NCBI GenBank assembly: GCA_944350305.1
Contig: CALVOO010000002.1
Location: 1-49,490 of the forward strand
Source: an uncultured Bacilli bacterium
GTDB taxonomy: Bacteria > Bacillota_I > Bacilli_A > RF39 > UBA660
Direction of reading: 5' to 3'
DNA length: 49,490 nucleotides
Positions within the stretch are counted from its first letter, which is position 1, and each line of letters begins with the position of its first letter. A program made the position numbers and the translations under genes. The notes beneath the pieces were generated by a model. It worked only from the letters and a program-made list of their open reading frames with translations. It was not told where the DNA came from and made no database searches. Shown here piece by piece: positions 46,767-49,490 of this stretch.

Positions 46767-47987
46767 ATGGAAAAGAAAACAAAAGCAGTAAAATCTCAAA
46801 AAAACACTAAAAGAAGTGCAAGTTTTTCATTATTAGAAGTTATAGTTATAGTAATAATGACAGCACTAGTTGTAGGTGTTAGTTCAAGTTTAATAGTTTA
46901 TAATAATTATAATAAAATAAATAGCAATTATAGTGGTAATAATAAAGAAGAAATAGATAAATTTATAGAAGCGTATAACAACATACTAGACAGTTATGTA
47001 GAAAAAGTAGATGGTTCAGACTTAATAGATGAAGCAATAAAAGCAATGTATGAACACTTAGGGGACCCATATACAAGTTATCTAGATAAGAACACTACAG
47101 AAACATTAGAAGAACAATTAAATGGAGAATATCAAGGTATAGGTGTTGAGATATCCAAAGAATACACAACAGGATATATTTTAGTAATAGATGTATTTAA
47201 AAACTCACCAGCAGACGAAGCTGGTTTAAAACCTGGAGATTTAATTAGCAGCGTTAACGGAGAAAACACCGCGACAAAAAGTGCTGAAGAAGTATCTAAT
47301 CTAATTAAAGGTTCACAAAGCGAAAACGTAAAAATTGGCTATATTAGAGACGAAGAAGAAAGAACAACAACAGTTGTAGTAAAAAATGTAATCATTCCAT
47401 CTATTCAAGCAGAGAACTTTGATGGAGTAGGATATATATACATAGAAACGTTCTCAAATACAACGTACTCACAATTTAAAGAAGCCTTGGAAAACCTAGA
47501 AAACGAAAAAATCAAAAGTCTAATAATAGACGTTAGAGACAACACGGGAGGATATTTGGACGCAGCAACTAAAATAGCCGAACTATTTATAGAAAAAGGA
47601 AAAACAATATATCAACTAGAAAAACAAGGAGAAATATACAGAGTATATAAAGACGAAACAGAAGAAAAAAGAAATTATGAAGTTGCAATTTTAATCAATT
47701 CCAATAGTGCTTCAGCCTCAGAAATATTAGCAGCAGCGTTAAAAGAAAGTTATGGAGCAAAACTAATCGGAAAAATAAGTTATGGTAAAGGAACTGTTCA
47801 AGAAAAAGAAAAACTTGATAATGGAGAAATGTTAAAATACACAACGGCATATTGGTTAACTCCAAATGGAATGAAAATTAATAATGTTGGCTTAGTACCA
47901 GACATAGAAATAGACTTAGAAGACTATGATACATACTCATACGAAGTAGATACACAATTACAAAAAGCAATACAGACGGTTAAATAA
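46767..47987 (+). CDS. carboxy-terminal processing peptidase (S41, Ctp family) with PDZ domain
   Basis: N-terminal TM anchor. PDZ segment (SPADEAGLKPGDLISSVNG). Catalytic Ser context NSNSASASEILA and Lys context YGKGTVQ. Confidence 0.85.
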   Translation: MEKKTKAVKSQKNTKRSASFSLLEVIVIVIMTALVVGVSSSLIVYNNYNKINSNYSGNNKEEIDKFIEAYNNILDSYVEKVDGSDLIDEAIKAMYEHLGDPYTSYLDKNTTETLEEQLNGEYQGIGVEISKEYTTGYILVIDVFKNSPADEAGLKPGDLISSVNGENTATKSAEEVSNLIKGSQSENVKIGYIRDEEERTTTVVVKNVIIPSIQAENFDGVGYIYIETFSNTTYSQFKEALENLENEKIKSLIIDVRDNTGGYLDAATKIAELFIEKGKTIYQLEKQGEIYRVYKDETEEKRNYEVAILINSNSASASEILAAALKESYGAKLIGKISYGKGTVQEKEKLDNGEMLKYTTAYWLTPNGMKINNVGLVPDIEIDLEDYDTYSYEVDTQLQKAIQTVK

Positions 47988-47997
47988 CCGTTTTTTA
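47976..47997 (+). terminator. rho-independent terminator after the ctp-like gene
   Basis: ACGGTT, loop AAAT, AACCGT, then T5. The stop codon lies inside the hairpin. Confidence 0.55.
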
Positions 47998-48070
47998 ATT
48001 GTAAACACAAAATAAAAAAACTATTAATTAGCCAGCAAATATTGTATAATATAAATTGAAAGAGGCTATT

Positions 48071-48604
48071 ATGAATATAAAAGAAAAAGAAGATGTTGTA
48101 ATACATTGTTATAAACATAATGGTATGATATATAAAACTTGGGAAAATGCTAAAGTGTTAGAAATAAATAAAGATTTTATAGTTTTAGGAAATAATAATG
48201 TATTAGTAACAAAAAAAGATGGAAGAACGTGGCACACAAGAGAGCCAGCCATTATGTTTTTTTACACAAAAAGATGGTTTAATATAATTGCACAATTAAA
48301 GAAAAGTGGAATATTTTATTATTGCAACATAGCAAGCCCATTTGTAGTAGATGGTAAAGTAATAAAATATATCGATTACGATTTGGATTTAAGAGTATTT
48401 CCAGATGGAGCATTTAAAATATTAGATAGAAACGAATACAACTACCATAAAAGATTGATGAAATATCCAAAAGAAATAAACTTCATAATAAAAAATGAAT
48501 TAACATCTTTAATCGAAATGAAAAAAAGCAACACTAGTCCATTCAACATAGAAACAATAAATTACTATTTTAATATATACAAAAACATAATAAAAAATAA
48601 GTAA
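48071..48604 (+). CDS. DUF402 family protein (nucleoside tri/diphosphatase Ntdp-like)
   Basis: YKHNGMIYKTWE, TREPAIMFF, YYCNIASP and IDYDLDLRVFPDG are typical DUF402 blocks. ATG at 48071 after AAAGAGG. Confidence 0.8.
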   Translation: MNIKEKEDVVIHCYKHNGMIYKTWENAKVLEINKDFIVLGNNNVLVTKKDGRTWHTREPAIMFFYTKRWFNIIAQLKKSGIFYYCNIASPFVVDGKVIKYIDYDLDLRVFPDGAFKILDRNEYNYHKRLMKYPKEINFIIKNELTSLIEMKKSNTSPFNIETINYYFNIYKNIIKNK

Positions 48605-48733
48605 TTAAAAAATAAAATAGTACATATAATAAGATATAAAATAAAAAAAGTCTTACAAAAAAGCTTTTTTTACCCGCAAATTACGCAAAAAATAAAAAAT
48701 CGACAATTTTTTTAAAAAATTTTAAAAAAGTTG

Positions 48734-48762
48734 TTGACTTTAAAAATGTAATTTGTTATATT
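48734..48762 (+). promoter_or_regulatory. rRNA operon promoter
   Basis: TTGACT (48734-48739), a 17-nt spacer ending in TGT, then TATATT (48757-48762). An A/T-rich UP-like region lies upstream. Confidence 0.6.
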
Positions 48763-48793
48763 ATATGAGCACAGCAAGAAAAACAGCAAAAAA

Positions 48794-48807
48794 TGATCTT
48801 TGAAAAC
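48794..48807 (+). promoter_or_regulatory. rrn leader boxA-like antitermination element
   Basis: TGATCTTTGAAAAC matches the Firmicute rrn leader motif TGTTCTTTGAAAAC. Confidence 0.6.
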
Positions 48808-48872
48808 TAAGTAAAATGAATGAGTTTCATAGTTAGGTGAAAACGAAATCAATTTAAAAATAAATTTGATTT

Positions 48873-49490
<618 letters not shown>

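Overview
This is a 49.5-kb stretch of a very AT-rich Bacillota (Firmicutes) chromosome. It uses the standard genetic code: TGA is a stop, and the RF2 gene carries the classical UGA +1 frameshift. Almost all of it is conserved core, and all but six CDS lie on the + strand.

Gene content, in order:
- rplI-dnaB
- Cell-envelope genes: two M23 peptidases, murE, a PBP5-type DD-carboxypeptidase and ftsEX
- A CBS-type pyrophosphatase, ung, gerQ, pduL, prfB, whiA and clpP
- A glycolytic cluster, gap-pgk-tpiA-[spo0A]-gpmI
- The complete S10-spc-alpha ribosomal superoperon, rpsJ to rplQ, including secY-adk-map-infA-rpmJ-rpoA
- A Ctp S41 protease, a DUF402 protein and the first ~615 nt of a 16S rRNA gene

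spo0A, gerQ and the peptidoglycan genes indicate a walled lineage that forms spores, at least ancestrally, rather than a mollicute.

No CRISPR array, tRNA, transposase, integrase or recognisable defence or toxin domain was found.

The only stretch that looks accessory is 30.03-32.76 kb. It holds a translationally coupled pair, a 48-aa acidic helical peptide plus a 556-aa coiled-coil protein with no recognisable domain. The pair has its own terminator, is flanked by the two longest non-coding stretches in the window, and is wedged between the glycolysis block and the S10 operon. This is my best candidate for something undescribed, but its function cannot be read from the sequence.

Secondary points of interest:
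- A perfect consensus promoter overlapped by a palindromic operator, divergent from an XRE regulator, that drives a structured non-coding RNA upstream of rplI
- spo0A inserted as an autonomous unit, with 0A-box repeats, inside the glycolytic cluster
- A stand-alone small ORF between gap and pgk that resembles the C-terminal tail of Rpn/YhgA nucleases
- A structured S10 leader
- Unusual features of the 16S 5' domain
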